Below are positions 15,728 through 26,458 of a stretch of 64,000 nucleotides of DNA, piece by piece. The DNA comes from TPA_inf: Saccharomyces (Eukaryota): contig BK006938.2 in the NCBI GenBank assembly GCA_000146045.2, positions 1,024,001 to 1,088,000 on the forward strand. Reading direction: 5' to 3'. Under the pieces are notes generated by a model. It did not search any database and was not told the origin of the DNA. It was given only the letters and a program-made list of their open reading frames with translations. Each line of letters begins with the position of its first letter. Position 1 is the stretch's first letter. The position numbers and the translations under genes are program-made.

Positions 15728-18700
15728 ATGGAGGAAGGACCTATCAAAAAGAAACTGAAGTCAGCAGGTCAAGGGAGTGGAAAGACCGATGCCTTTAGAA
15801 ATTTTGAACAATTTTTTTTCCGCCTTAATACTCTTTACACCTTTTTGATTTGCAGAAAGCATGTTGTGCCTACATTTAAAACACTTTGTGGACCTATAGA
15901 AACTGCTTTGAAAAGAACTGTGACGAAAGAAGACCTAGCCATGGTTATGGCGCTAATGCCAAGAGAATGTGTTTTCAAGTATATTGATGAGAACCAAATT
16001 TATACTGAAACTAAGATTTTTGACTTCAATAATGGCGGCTTTCAGCAGAAGGAAAATGACATATTTGAACTGAAGGACGTTGATGACCAAAATCAGACTC
16101 AAAAATCTACTCAGTTACTTATATTTGAATTTATAGACGGTACAATGCAACGCTCATGGTCTGCAAGTGATAGATTTTCTCAAATAAAGATACCAACATA
16201 TACTACGGAGGAAATGAAAAAGATGATTTCTAAAAGGGAAGCTCTCTTTAAATCCAGACTACGGGAATTTATCCTGGAAAAGGAAAAGGCTAACCTTGAC
16301 CCATTTTCTGAGTTAACAAATCTAGCGCAGAAATATATTCCAAGGGAGAGAGATTATGAGGATCCTATTGAGGCAATGATGAAGGCGAAGCAAGAAAGTA
16401 ATGAGATGAGCATTCCCAATTATTCCAATAATTCAGTGATAACAACAATTCCTCAAATGATTGAGAAATTAAAAAGTACTGAATTCTACGCTTCTCAGAT
16501 AAAGCATTGTTTTACAATACCATCAAGAACAGCGAAGTATAAAGGTCTCTGTTTTGAGCTTGCACCGGAAGTATATCAGGGTATGGAACACGAAAATTTC
16601 TACAGCCATCAAGCAGATGCGATAAACAGTCTTCATCAAGGCGAAAACGTCATTATTACAACATCGACCTCTTCAGGTAAATCCCTTATTTACCAACTAG
16701 CAGCTATCGATCTTCTTTTAAAGGATCCTGAATCAACGTTTATGTATATATTTCCAACAAAGGCCCTGGCACAAGATCAAAAAAGAGCATTCAAGGTAAT
16801 ACTTTCAAAGATCCCCGAGCTAAAGAATGCCGTGGTTGATACGTATGACGGCGATACGGAGCCAGAGGAAAGAGCTTATATTCGTAAAAATGCTAGAGTT
16901 ATTTTTACCAATCCTGACATGATACATACCAGCATTTTACCTAATCATGCAAATTGGAGACATTTTTTGTACCATCTAAAGTTAGTGGTGGTCGATGAAT
17001 TGCATATATATAAGGGTTTATTTGGATCGCACGTGGCATTAGTGATGAGACGTTTACTAAGACTGTGCCACTGTTTTTACGAAAATAGTGGTTTACAATT
17101 TATTTCATGTTCTGCAACTTTAAAGTCTCCAGTACAACATATGAAGGACATGTTTGGAATTAATGAGGTTACGCTAATACACGAGGATGGCTCACCTACA
17201 GGTGCTAAGCATCTAGTGGTGTGGAATCCTCCAATTTTACCTCAACACGAACGTAAACGAGAAAATTTCATTAGAGAGAGTGCAAAGATATTGGTACAAT
17301 TGATATTGAACAACGTAAGAACCATAGCATTTTGCTACGTTCGTCGTGTTTGTGAATTGTTGATGAAAGAAGTTCGCAATATTTTTATTGAAACTGGGCG
17401 TGAGGATCTGGTTACAGAAGTCATGTCTTACAGGGGTGGTTATTCTGCTTCCGACAGACGTAAAATAGAACGTGAGATGTTTCACGGAAATTTAAAGGCT
17501 GTCATATCTACCAATGCTCTAGAACTTGGTATTGATATCGGTGGACTAGACGCAGTCTTGATGTGCGGTTTCCCACTATCAATGGCGAATTTTCATCAAC
17601 AAAGTGGTAGAGCTGGAAGAAGAAATAATGATTCTTTAACCCTCGTGGTTGCAAGTGACTCGCCTGTTGATCAACATTATGTTGCTCATCCAGAATCCTT
17701 GCTGGAGGTTAATAATTTCGAATCTTATCAAGATTTGGTTCTTGATTTCAATAACATTTTGATACTGGAAGGACACATACAATGCGCTGCTTTCGAACTG
17801 CCAATAAATTTTGAACGTGACAAGCAATACTTTACTGAATCTCATCTTCGCAAAATCTGTGTTGAACGCTTACATCACAATCAAGATGGGTACCACGCCA
17901 GTAATAGATTTTTACCATGGCCGTCCAAGTGTGTATCTTTGAGAGGCGGAGAAGAAGATCAATTTGCCGTAGTGGATATAACAAATGGAAGAAATATAAT
18001 AATTGAGGAAATAGAAGCATCCAGGACTAGTTTTACTTTATATGATGGCGGTATATTCATTCACCAAGGCTATCCCTACCTTGTGAAGGAGTTTAATCCT
18101 GATGAAAGATATGCTAAAGTGCAAAGAGTAGATGTTGACTGGGTAACCAACCAAAGAGACTTTACAGATGTAGATCCACAGGAAATTGAACTTATACGCT
18201 CTTTAAGGAATAGTGATGTTCCTGTTTACTTTGGTAAGATCAAGACTACAATTATTGTATTTGGCTTTTTTAAAGTAGACAAGTACAAGAGGATCATCGA
18301 TGCCATCGAAACCCATAACCCTCCTGTAATAATCAATTCTAAAGGATTATGGATAGATATGCCAAAATATGCCTTAGAAATTTGCCAAAAGAAGCAATTA
18401 AATGTAGCAGGAGCTATTCACGGGGCGCAACATGCAATTATGGGTATGTTACCGCGATTTATAGTGGCGGGTGTGGATGAAATACAAACTGAATGCAAAG
18501 CTCCGGAAAAGGAATTTGCAGAACGTCAAACTAAACGAAAGCGACCAGCTAGATTAATATTCTATGATTCCAAGGGCGGTAAGTACGGGTCTGGCTTGTG
18601 TGTTAAAGCGTTTGAGCATATTGATGATATTATAGAGTCTAGTTTAAGAAGAATAGAAGAATGCCCATGCAGCGATGGATGTCCTGACTGTGTAGCGGCT

Positions 18701-18961
18701 TCTTTTTGTAAGGAAAACAGCCTGGTCCTGTCGAAACCTGGCGCCCAAGTCGTTTTGCATTGTATTCTAGGTCACTCGGAAGATAGTTTTATAGATCTTA
18801 TCAAAGATGGTCCAGAGCCAAATATGCCAGAGATAAAAGTAGAGACTGTTATTCCTGTGTCAGAGCATGTCAACTTTTCAGATGATTTTAAGATTATTGA
18901 CGTTAGAAGAGCTACGAAAGACGATACTCATACAAATGAAATCATTAAAAAAGAGATATGA
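15728..18961 (+). CDS. HRQ1: RecQ4-like 3'-5' DNA helicase
   Basis: 1077-aa ORF with helicase motifs (TSSGKS Walker A, VVVDELH DEAH-like box, QQSGRAGR motif VI). Confidence 0.9.
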   Translation: MEEGPIKKKLKSAGQGSGKTDAFRNFEQFFFRLNTLYTFLICRKHVVPTFKTLCGPIETALKRTVTKEDLAMVMALMPRECVFKYIDENQIYTETKIFDFNNGGFQQKENDIFELKDVDDQNQTQKSTQLLIFEFIDGTMQRSWSASDRFSQIKIPTYTTEEMKKMISKREALFKSRLREFILEKEKANLDPFSELTNLAQKYIPRERDYEDPIEAMMKAKQESNEMSIPNYSNNSVITTIPQMIEKLKSTEFYASQIKHCFTIPSRTAKYKGLCFELAPEVYQGMEHENFYSHQADAINSLHQGENVIITTSTSSGKSLIYQLAAIDLLLKDPESTFMYIFPTKALAQDQKRAFKVILSKIPELKNAVVDTYDGDTEPEERAYIRKNARVIFTNPDMIHTSILPNHANWRHFLYHLKLVVVDELHIYKGLFGSHVALVMRRLLRLCHCFYENSGLQFISCSATLKSPVQHMKDMFGINEVTLIHEDGSPTGAKHLVVWNPPILPQHERKRENFIRESAKILVQLILNNVRTIAFCYVRRVCELLMKEVRNIFIETGREDLVTEVMSYRGGYSASDRRKIEREMFHGNLKAVISTNALELGIDIGGLDAVLMCGFPLSMANFHQQSGRAGRRNNDSLTLVVASDSPVDQHYVAHPESLLEVNNFESYQDLVLDFNNILILEGHIQCAAFELPINFERDKQYFTESHLRKICVERLHHNQDGYHASNRFLPWPSKCVSLRGGEEDQFAVVDITNGRNIIIEEIEASRTSFTLYDGGIFIHQGYPYLVKEFNPDERYAKVQRVDVDWVTNQRDFTDVDPQEIELIRSLRNSDVPVYFGKIKTTIIVFGFFKVDKYKRIIDAIETHNPPVIINSKGLWIDMPKYALEICQKKQLNVAGAIHGAQHAIMGMLPRFIVAGVDEIQTECKAPEKEFAERQTKRKRPARLIFYDSKGGKYGSGLCVKAFEHIDDIIESSLRRIEECPCSDGCPDCVAASFCKENSLVLSKPGAQVVLHCILGHSEDSFIDLIKDGPEPNMPEIKVETVIPVSEHVNFSDDFKIIDVRRATKDDTHTNEIIKKEI

Positions 18962-19145
18962 GCACGCTATTTGTAGTTTGTAAACCGAATATAAATACTC
19001 TATTCTACTACTTGTAGATTCACTTGGTGGAAAGAAGTTACATCAACATTCTGTCACCTTGTTGATGCACAGAAAAAAAGACACTTTATTATTGTTGAAT
19101 AACATTGTCTGTGGTATATATATATATACTATGATATTACAGTTT

Positions 19146-21011
19146 TTAAGACATTAATGTATTAACAGCCCATTTTACGCTTAATGTCCTCAAATCGGTA
19201 TAGGTTTGTCCCACGCCAACGAATAAGATAGGAATCCCCGTAGCATAAACCATATTTACCATAGTACCCAGCATTTCACCAACTGTGTCACACTTGGAGA
19301 TAATAAAGAAGTCAAGATTTCTTCCCTTTCCGAAGGCATCATTAAAATTTTTGGCTTGCTGGACAGAATCAGTACCTACTAAAGCCTCTCCAACCATAAT
19401 GATTTTATCTGGCTTGGCTTGGTCAGCGAAAGACTTCAATGGCGACATTAAAGTAGGATCATTATGCCTTCTCCCGGCAGTATCCATTAACACTATATCG
19501 AAGTTTTGATCACGAGAATATTTGATGGCTTGCTTTGCAATTTTGGTTACCAAGTCAGATCCACCATAACCAGCTTCAAATAGTTCAACGTAGTCATTAC
19601 CAGTTTTACCCCTTTTGTTCTTGGAGCCACGAACGTGTGAATCATCCATTAGCTGTGCCAAATTTTCAACATGGACCCTTAGTTGCTCAACTGCACCAGA
19701 CCTAAACGTATCACAAGCAACAATTAAGACCTTGAAATTATTTTGCAGTAACCAAAACGCTAGCTTTGAAAGATTTGTTGACTTACCAACACCATTAACA
19801 CCAACTATAGAGAACACATAGGGATCACATTTACCTTCTTCATCCTTTTTGCTTCTTTTGCTCTGAATTTCACGGAGGAGATCAACGGATACACCAGGCG
19901 TTAATATTTGAGTTAATGCTTTTGTTAAAGATTCACGAGCAGTATTCTCAACACTGGTCCAATTTGCAGTTTTTGAGCCTACAAGATCATGTGAGACTTG
20001 CTGTGTTAAATAGTCTGCTGCCTCTGGTGCTACATTTTTGGTTATCAATTGTTGTGTTAACTTCTCTAATACAGATTTCAAATCACTTTCATTGATCGTT
20101 TTGTTACCTAGAACGTGTTTTTGAAGGAATCCAAAAGCTGTACTGACGTATCCAGAATTTTTAGCTTCGTTCCCACTAGTTATCTCGTCTTTATGAGAAG
20201 ACAAAAGATCATCAATTTCTTTGATTAAGAAATCGCCTCCTTCTGTTCTATCCCCAAAAGAATCTTTATTAATAGTGGAGTCTAGAGCTACTTGGCTACT
20301 ATTGTGGCTGTTGGATGATGAGAAATCTAATTTGGCTGCATCTTCATGATTCATTTCATCAAGCATGCCACCATCACGGCCCCACTTTCTCCCACTACCA
20401 ACATTTCCTGTAGATTGCTTCTTACCTTTTGTATCCCTCAATTTTTTCTTGGTATTTTTATTATGCGATTGGGGTACTGATCCATTTTTGGTAAAATTAT
20501 CTGGATTGATATGGTCTTGTTTTATTGACTCTTCATATTTTATCCTAAAATATTGCTCAAATTTCTTCAGGTCGTCTTCAATTCCCTGAAGAATATCGAC
20601 GTAGTTATGCTTGTTCTTTTCGTTTTGGCCCTGACGATTTTTTAGAATGGATTCACTTAAATGCAATGAGTTCCAGAGTTTTAACACCAGTGCAAGTGTT
20701 TGTTGAGTTTCTTGATTAAGCTCTAAAGTCTGCTCGGCAAAAGTCACTACGAAATACAATTCTGGTTGCTTATTCAAATAAAATAGTGCATTAAATGAAG
20801 GAGAATTTTTGTGTTCGCTGTTGATTGTTAAAAGATTGAAATCAAATCCGTCTGTATTTGCGTTTGCAACACTTTCTTTTCTAGTTACTGGGGAAGTAAT
20901 CAGCTGGGATATAAAGCTGTTAATTTGTATTTCAGAAAACTTTTTTCCTAAACAGTTATATTGGTAAAGTACTTGACCTTGAGGGGTAAAGACTGCTAAT
21001 TGGTCGAACAT
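19146..21011 (-). CDS. SRP101: signal recognition particle receptor alpha subunit (SRP GTPase)
   Basis: GTPase motifs GVNGVGKST and DTAGR. The longest ORF is 623 aa from an ATG at 21017; known Srp101 is 621 aa, which fits the in-frame ATG two codons downstream (MFDQLAVF) at 21011. Confidence 0.9.
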   Translation of the reverse strand: MFDQLAVFTPQGQVLYQYNCLGKKFSEIQINSFISQLITSPVTRKESVANANTDGFDFNLLTINSEHKNSPSFNALFYLNKQPELYFVVTFAEQTLELNQETQQTLALVLKLWNSLHLSESILKNRQGQNEKNKHNYVDILQGIEDDLKKFEQYFRIKYEESIKQDHINPDNFTKNGSVPQSHNKNTKKKLRDTKGKKQSTGNVGSGRKWGRDGGMLDEMNHEDAAKLDFSSSNSHNSSQVALDSTINKDSFGDRTEGGDFLIKEIDDLLSSHKDEITSGNEAKNSGYVSTAFGFLQKHVLGNKTINESDLKSVLEKLTQQLITKNVAPEAADYLTQQVSHDLVGSKTANWTSVENTARESLTKALTQILTPGVSVDLLREIQSKRSKKDEEGKCDPYVFSIVGVNGVGKSTNLSKLAFWLLQNNFKVLIVACDTFRSGAVEQLRVHVENLAQLMDDSHVRGSKNKRGKTGNDYVELFEAGYGGSDLVTKIAKQAIKYSRDQNFDIVLMDTAGRRHNDPTLMSPLKSFADQAKPDKIIMVGEALVGTDSVQQAKNFNDAFGKGRNLDFFIISKCDTVGEMLGTMVNMVYATGIPILFVGVGQTYTDLRTLSVKWAVNTLMS

Positions 21012-21639
21012 AATCAATGCACTTATTGAACCGTGAATCTCCTATTGAAAAAAACTACTTGATGAAGTAGCTGAATATTATTCAAACTGTGAGAATACCA
21101 CAAATCTTTGGCTACAGATTAAACGCTGACGAAAAATTGGTTTATTTATTTCTATCTACTTATTGTACGACCTCAAATGTTTACGCAGTAGTTTCTGAAG
21201 TACGAGCAAAATTGCTCGACGATGATTTCGTTATTGTTTCCGGAAAAATTACCCAGCGCATAAAAAGTAAGCTTTCAGTACTTCTCTTTGATGATATTTG
21301 TACAGCAAAAGGGTATTTAGTAACGGAATAAATTTAATATATAAGAGTATAAATAACAAAAGACAATATAAATTGAAAAGTTGTAAATATTGAAAAGAAG
21401 GCTGCATTATTGTTTTATGTATTTTTGGGAAAAAATATATGACTTAACGAGGTCGAATAAAAAAATTTGGATGATGCCTTACCGGAACGTGGATTAAAAG
21501 GAGAAGTACAAAATTCATGCAGTTGTTAATGTTCGCAGGAAATAAAAACAAAGGGAAGGGATACTGAGGGGTGAAGCACAATCCAAAGAACGAAAGTGAA
21601 AAACAAGAAAAACAGCAATGACGATATTGGTAGAAGAGA

Positions 21640-24600
21640 TTATACCCTCTTCATGAATGGATTTAATGCACGGACGGTTAAACATGGCAAAGCCATCCCC
21701 ACCTCAGCTCTCAATAGAATAGGAATCTTTTGCAATTCATGTATTTCTTGTATATAGTTATCATTTTCAATTCTGGTTTCAGTAGTAGAAATGAATTTTT
21801 CTAAAGCATTTTGCTTGTTGTCGCTTGCAGATGGTAGCCTTAAATTTGGTACTGTTAGATGCAAATCGCTGAGTTCCTTACTCAATGGATCGCTGATCAA
21901 TGGTTCAGATTCCGCTTCTTTATCTAGTTCAATATTCGCAATCTCAGCGGCTGTGGATCTGAATTTGTTCTTAATGGAATTTCTATAGGATTTTGGATTT
22001 TTTTCATCTGCTGGTATAAAAGTTGCACTATCTACGCCGGGCTGCCAATGCAATTCCAAGACACGATTGGTACCATCAAACTCAGCTTTGATCAAAGGTA
22101 GTTGATCTCCATGAACTCTCTTTTCAATACCAAATTCTGGAATAAATACATCAAAGGAGGACTCGTAAACTTGTAAGACAGTAGCCATTGTTAATAATTG
22201 TCCTGTAGTATTTCCCATGTCGTTGATTGTTTTACACAACAATAGATGAATTGCTTGTTCCTGTGCTTGATAAGCACAGTCCTTTTTAAAATTACAATAT
22301 TCGGAGGTAATCTTCAAAGCTTCCATATCTTCGGTGTATGGAGTATCGTGGATAACGGCCTTTAATTGCCTATGAACGACATGATCAGCGTATCTTCTCA
22401 TTGGCGCTGTGAAATGTGTGTAGATAGGTAGGTTCAAGGCATAATGCCCATATTGGTCCGGGTCTACTTTGCCAGCAATAAAGTATCTAGCTCTTGGCAT
22501 GGTTTTAAACAGTAAAATTTCAATTCCGACTCTAACATCGTCATCTTTAATTTTTAGCACCCCTTTGATTAATTCATCCGCCGTATTGGTATCAAAATTG
22601 TAACCAAAATTTTGAATTTTCTTTCTAAATGACGCCATCTTGGTTGCAATGGGTTGCATCTGCCTTCTCAAAAGAGCTAGATCACCAAGTTTGGTGTAAA
22701 TTTTCTCTGCAACAGTGGAGTTGACCTTTCTTTTAATCTCATTAATTACAACAAAGCCTAAAGTTCTATCCAGGATGTTCAAGTCAACCTTAACTTTTTC
22801 GTCATCCAAGCTTTCCAATAAGGACAGGGTGGGAAGTAATGTAGCTTCTGGATCATTTATTCTTCTAGCATAAAATGATCTAGCAATTTCCTGTACAGTA
22901 GAGAGGTAGCTAGTGGGACTTCCAGTAGATAATTTTTCGTCTAATTGTTCTAAAGACAAGATGTTTGAGGGGGAAATTGTAGATTCGCCTACCCAAGTAG
23001 ATTTAATCCTTAAAGTAGATGAGTCTAGAGTGTAAACAACCGACAGCGTGGCTGATTCCTTGCCAGGGGCCAACGACAGTTCGTCGTTGAACGATTGTGG
23101 TAATAAATTGACAAGTTTTTGTGGCATGAACACCGCAGAGGACCTCTTTCTCGCACGCCTATCAACAGAGGAGCCTTCTTCAATATGGCTGGTCACATCA
23201 ACAACATGACAACCCAGCTCTAGGGTACCATTTCCGTTATTCCTGACATGTAAGGCAAATTCAGACACCCATCCAAGCTCGGAAATTGCAAAGATATTGT
23301 ACTCATTAGTGTCCGTAAAATTCCTCCTATATTCTAGACTTTCAGCCGTTAATGGTAGCGGCTGAAAACTTGGTTTTTCTTTTTGCGGATTTTTTTGATC
23401 CAAATATTCATTCGAAAGAAAATTGTTATCCCTTAAAATGGAATCAATTTCAGTATCAGGATCGTGAATATCTCCAAGTTCGGAAACTAAAATACCAAAT
23501 GGATGCAAAGATGTGATTGGCCAACGTTTAATAGAGGCAACGAATAACTTTTCGGAGTATTTATCAGCGTTTTCAACAAAGTCCTTTGGAGCTAATTCTG
23601 TAGGAATTGCAATTAATGGCACCTTCTTATCAGTAGGCTTGAACCAAGCAATTTTTGGGCTTTGTGGTGGTTTGTTATTGTCGCTATTAGCTTGTTGGGA
23701 TGGTCTCAACAAACCTAATGTACCGCTAAATAACTGACCAGGGATACGGTCCAAAACAGCAACGACATGGCCTGCGTAAAGTGGCTTATATTTATCGTTG
23801 ATTTCTTCTTCTTCAACTAATAACAATGACTGACCTTCAACTTCAACATCGTCATTTTTCTTTTGAGTTGGACGTTGTTTCAATGAACTTCTTCTCCTTA
23901 CTCCTGATTTGGTAGGAGATGATAAGGAATCACTATCATTATTGATAGTAGATGACCTCTTTCTTCTGACGGATAAATCATCCTTGCTTAGCGAATCAGA
24001 CGAGGAGGGAGAAGATAGAAAATTGTTGCTTGTTGCAGCAGTAACAGATGCATCGTTGTGGTAATCGTCACTACTGTTCAAAGGAATTAGATCGTGTTGC
24101 ATAGAGGCATCCTTTCTCCTCTTCTTTTCTTCCTTTTCTTTCTTGGACTCCCAAACATCGTCCACAACTAATAGTTCTACCGCGACTAAATCACCTTCAA
24201 GTGCTCTATTACGATCTTTGGAGCCGCAAATGTAAATATCCGCATCAAGAGCGCCATCTGTAGAGACCCAGGCATCCGATCTATTCTTTTTATTAACTCT
24301 TAATATACCAGCTACTAGTCTCCCTTCTTGGATTAGCTCTGGAATGTTGGCTTGGGGAAGGTAGGGTGCAAATAGGGACTTACGTCCACCTCCGTTATTA
24401 TTACCTTGTGAACTGAAACTATGAACTGATGAATTAGAGGCACGATGTTTGTGTCCCTGCTGAAATATCGCAGGAGGTTCTAAGGTATTGAAGGAATTGT
24501 AATCCCTTGAATTAGATCCTCTGTGGCGGAATGGAGAAAGCTGCTGTTGAGGTTGCTGTGATTGGTTTCTCCAGTTGGAATTAATGCCTGGAGAATATTC

Positions 24601-25392
24601 ATTGTTTCTTGTCTTTGAACGGCGGTGCGTTGAAGAGGTTGCTATGAATTCATCGTCATTATCCCCGTGAGAGTTTGGAGGAAATTTGAAAGAGGGAGGT
24701 GATAGGTTTGAAGTTGCGCGACGATGGCCCTGATGAGCATTTGGTGGTGGTGGAAATTTAAAATCAGATTGTTCTGTAGTAGAATTTGAGCCACTATCAG
24801 CTTGAACAGAATCTATCTTCACAGTTACGCCTGCTTCACCCCCAGATATTCTTTTAGCTTGTTCTTCCGCAGCAGCCTTTTTCGCTTCATTTAGACCTAA
24901 AGAATGTCTTCTGGAATGGCCATATATGCTGGATTGTGAACTCGTCTTTCTGTGTGAGTTAGACCCAGGATTATTGCTATTGTTATTGTTATCATATGAA
25001 TTATGATAATATCCGGAGTTGTTCCTGGAGTGAGTTCTACTTCTGCTGCCACCTGCACTCATACCAGGTGAATTACCGTTTGAGTTGTAATGAGGGTGAG
25101 GCGGTTGAGGCGTGAAATGATTGTTAGAGCCAGAATTTCCTGACAGGTATTGTCCTGTCTGTTGTGCCAATTGCTGTTGCTGAGCCATCAACTGTTGCTG
25201 CTGTGCTTGAACTTGCTCCAACTGCTTCTGCAAAGTGAATTGTTCAATCATCAAATTTGTCAACTCACTTTGGGAACGTCTGTGTGCAACATGAATCTGC
25301 TTTGGGGCGTTTTTACCACCTCCTGTGGTTTGCACAAACATGTTATTTGGCTCTTGGGATCTATTGTTGTTAACGTTGCTATTTTTAGACAT
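21640..25392 (-). CDS. SSD1: RNase II-like (RNB-domain) mRNA-binding protein Ssd1, full-length allele
   Basis: 1250-aa uninterrupted ORF with an N-terminal Q/N-rich region including a poly-Gln tract and a C-terminal RNB-like domain. Confidence 0.9.
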   Translation of the reverse strand: MSKNSNVNNNRSQEPNNMFVQTTGGGKNAPKQIHVAHRRSQSELTNLMIEQFTLQKQLEQVQAQQQQLMAQQQQLAQQTGQYLSGNSGSNNHFTPQPPHPHYNSNGNSPGMSAGGSRSRTHSRNNSGYYHNSYDNNNNSNNPGSNSHRKTSSQSSIYGHSRRHSLGLNEAKKAAAEEQAKRISGGEAGVTVKIDSVQADSGSNSTTEQSDFKFPPPPNAHQGHRRATSNLSPPSFKFPPNSHGDNDDEFIATSSTHRRSKTRNNEYSPGINSNWRNQSQQPQQQLSPFRHRGSNSRDYNSFNTLEPPAIFQQGHKHRASNSSVHSFSSQGNNNGGGRKSLFAPYLPQANIPELIQEGRLVAGILRVNKKNRSDAWVSTDGALDADIYICGSKDRNRALEGDLVAVELLVVDDVWESKKEKEEKKRRKDASMQHDLIPLNSSDDYHNDASVTAATSNNFLSSPSSSDSLSKDDLSVRRKRSSTINNDSDSLSSPTKSGVRRRSSLKQRPTQKKNDDVEVEGQSLLLVEEEEINDKYKPLYAGHVVAVLDRIPGQLFSGTLGLLRPSQQANSDNNKPPQSPKIAWFKPTDKKVPLIAIPTELAPKDFVENADKYSEKLFVASIKRWPITSLHPFGILVSELGDIHDPDTEIDSILRDNNFLSNEYLDQKNPQKEKPSFQPLPLTAESLEYRRNFTDTNEYNIFAISELGWVSEFALHVRNNGNGTLELGCHVVDVTSHIEEGSSVDRRARKRSSAVFMPQKLVNLLPQSFNDELSLAPGKESATLSVVYTLDSSTLRIKSTWVGESTISPSNILSLEQLDEKLSTGSPTSYLSTVQEIARSFYARRINDPEATLLPTLSLLESLDDEKVKVDLNILDRTLGFVVINEIKRKVNSTVAEKIYTKLGDLALLRRQMQPIATKMASFRKKIQNFGYNFDTNTADELIKGVLKIKDDDVRVGIEILLFKTMPRARYFIAGKVDPDQYGHYALNLPIYTHFTAPMRRYADHVVHRQLKAVIHDTPYTEDMEALKITSEYCNFKKDCAYQAQEQAIHLLLCKTINDMGNTTGQLLTMATVLQVYESSFDVFIPEFGIEKRVHGDQLPLIKAEFDGTNRVLELHWQPGVDSATFIPADEKNPKSYRNSIKNKFRSTAAEIANIELDKEAESEPLISDPLSKELSDLHLTVPNLRLPSASDNKQNALEKFISTTETRIENDNYIQEIHELQKIPILLRAEVGMALPCLTVRALNPFMKRV

Positions 25393-26458
25393 AGTGTATA
25401 AAGATGGAATAATTGGGCCAAATCTTTGCGCTGAAAGGTTTTTGGTGTTCTGTTTTGCGATATTAAAGTGACAAAGAAAAAGATGGAACTTGGCAAATAC
25501 TATACGTTTATGAACCCTTGTCTTATTCTTCGTGCAGGCAACTTAGATTTCCCTTTGAAAAAAAGTTGTTTCTTTTAGAATAGTGGCTATGAAAAAAGTG
25601 CGCCTAATGCGGAAAAACGAGGCACCAGCTGTTCTAAAATAAGACCAAAATGTTTAGGGTACCAGAAAAATGGTATGGCGAAAATAAGCCTGGCAAGAAG
25701 ACTATGCAGATAACTTTGACTATTCCGGTTTTTAGGTTACCAAAGACAGAAGAAAGGATCGGTCCCAAAAAAAGGAAATAGCTTATAAGGGAAGTTGCAG
25801 AAAATGCGCTTGAGTAACAAAAAATGTTAGAACGTAGCAAATATTCTAAAAGGAATGACAGAAAAACTTCTTACCTTTCTAAAATATAATCTCTCCTATT
25901 TCTCAGCTAGGCTCAAAATTATAATTTAGAAATTATTGTTTGCACGGCAAAACTTCGTTCCTTTGCTGTTAGAAAATCAGTCGGTGTTGGACTCTTCGTC
26001 TTTTAAATTCTTGACAAGAGAAGAGTTTTTAAATGAAAAGAACTAACGAGAAAAAACCAGGGGAAGGAGGGAAAGAGCGAAAATACTCGTGATCTAAACT
26101 CTTTTAGGTTAGTTTTCGTTGGAGGCAGTGGTCTTAAGACGATGGTGAAAGAAAGGACTTATTTGTAGAAGGATTGTTTATTTAATCCTTGAACTAAACA
26201 AATGACAAACTCAGGTCTCTAGCGTTCCTGTTCGTGGCCTTTAATAACTTGATGGCAATGGTAGAAAGACACACCTGCGTTATATAAGTTTAGTTTTCCC
26301 TTCTTTTCCTTTCTCATCCCCTCGTGAAGCGACTCGGCCCCTTTGGTCAGAAAATTCAAGGTGATACAAGTCGTCGTCCGTGACATAGGATCAGGAATCA
26401 CAATCATCACATTGCACTCTCGTTCTTTAAATTATGTATGAGATTTGATTCTATATAG

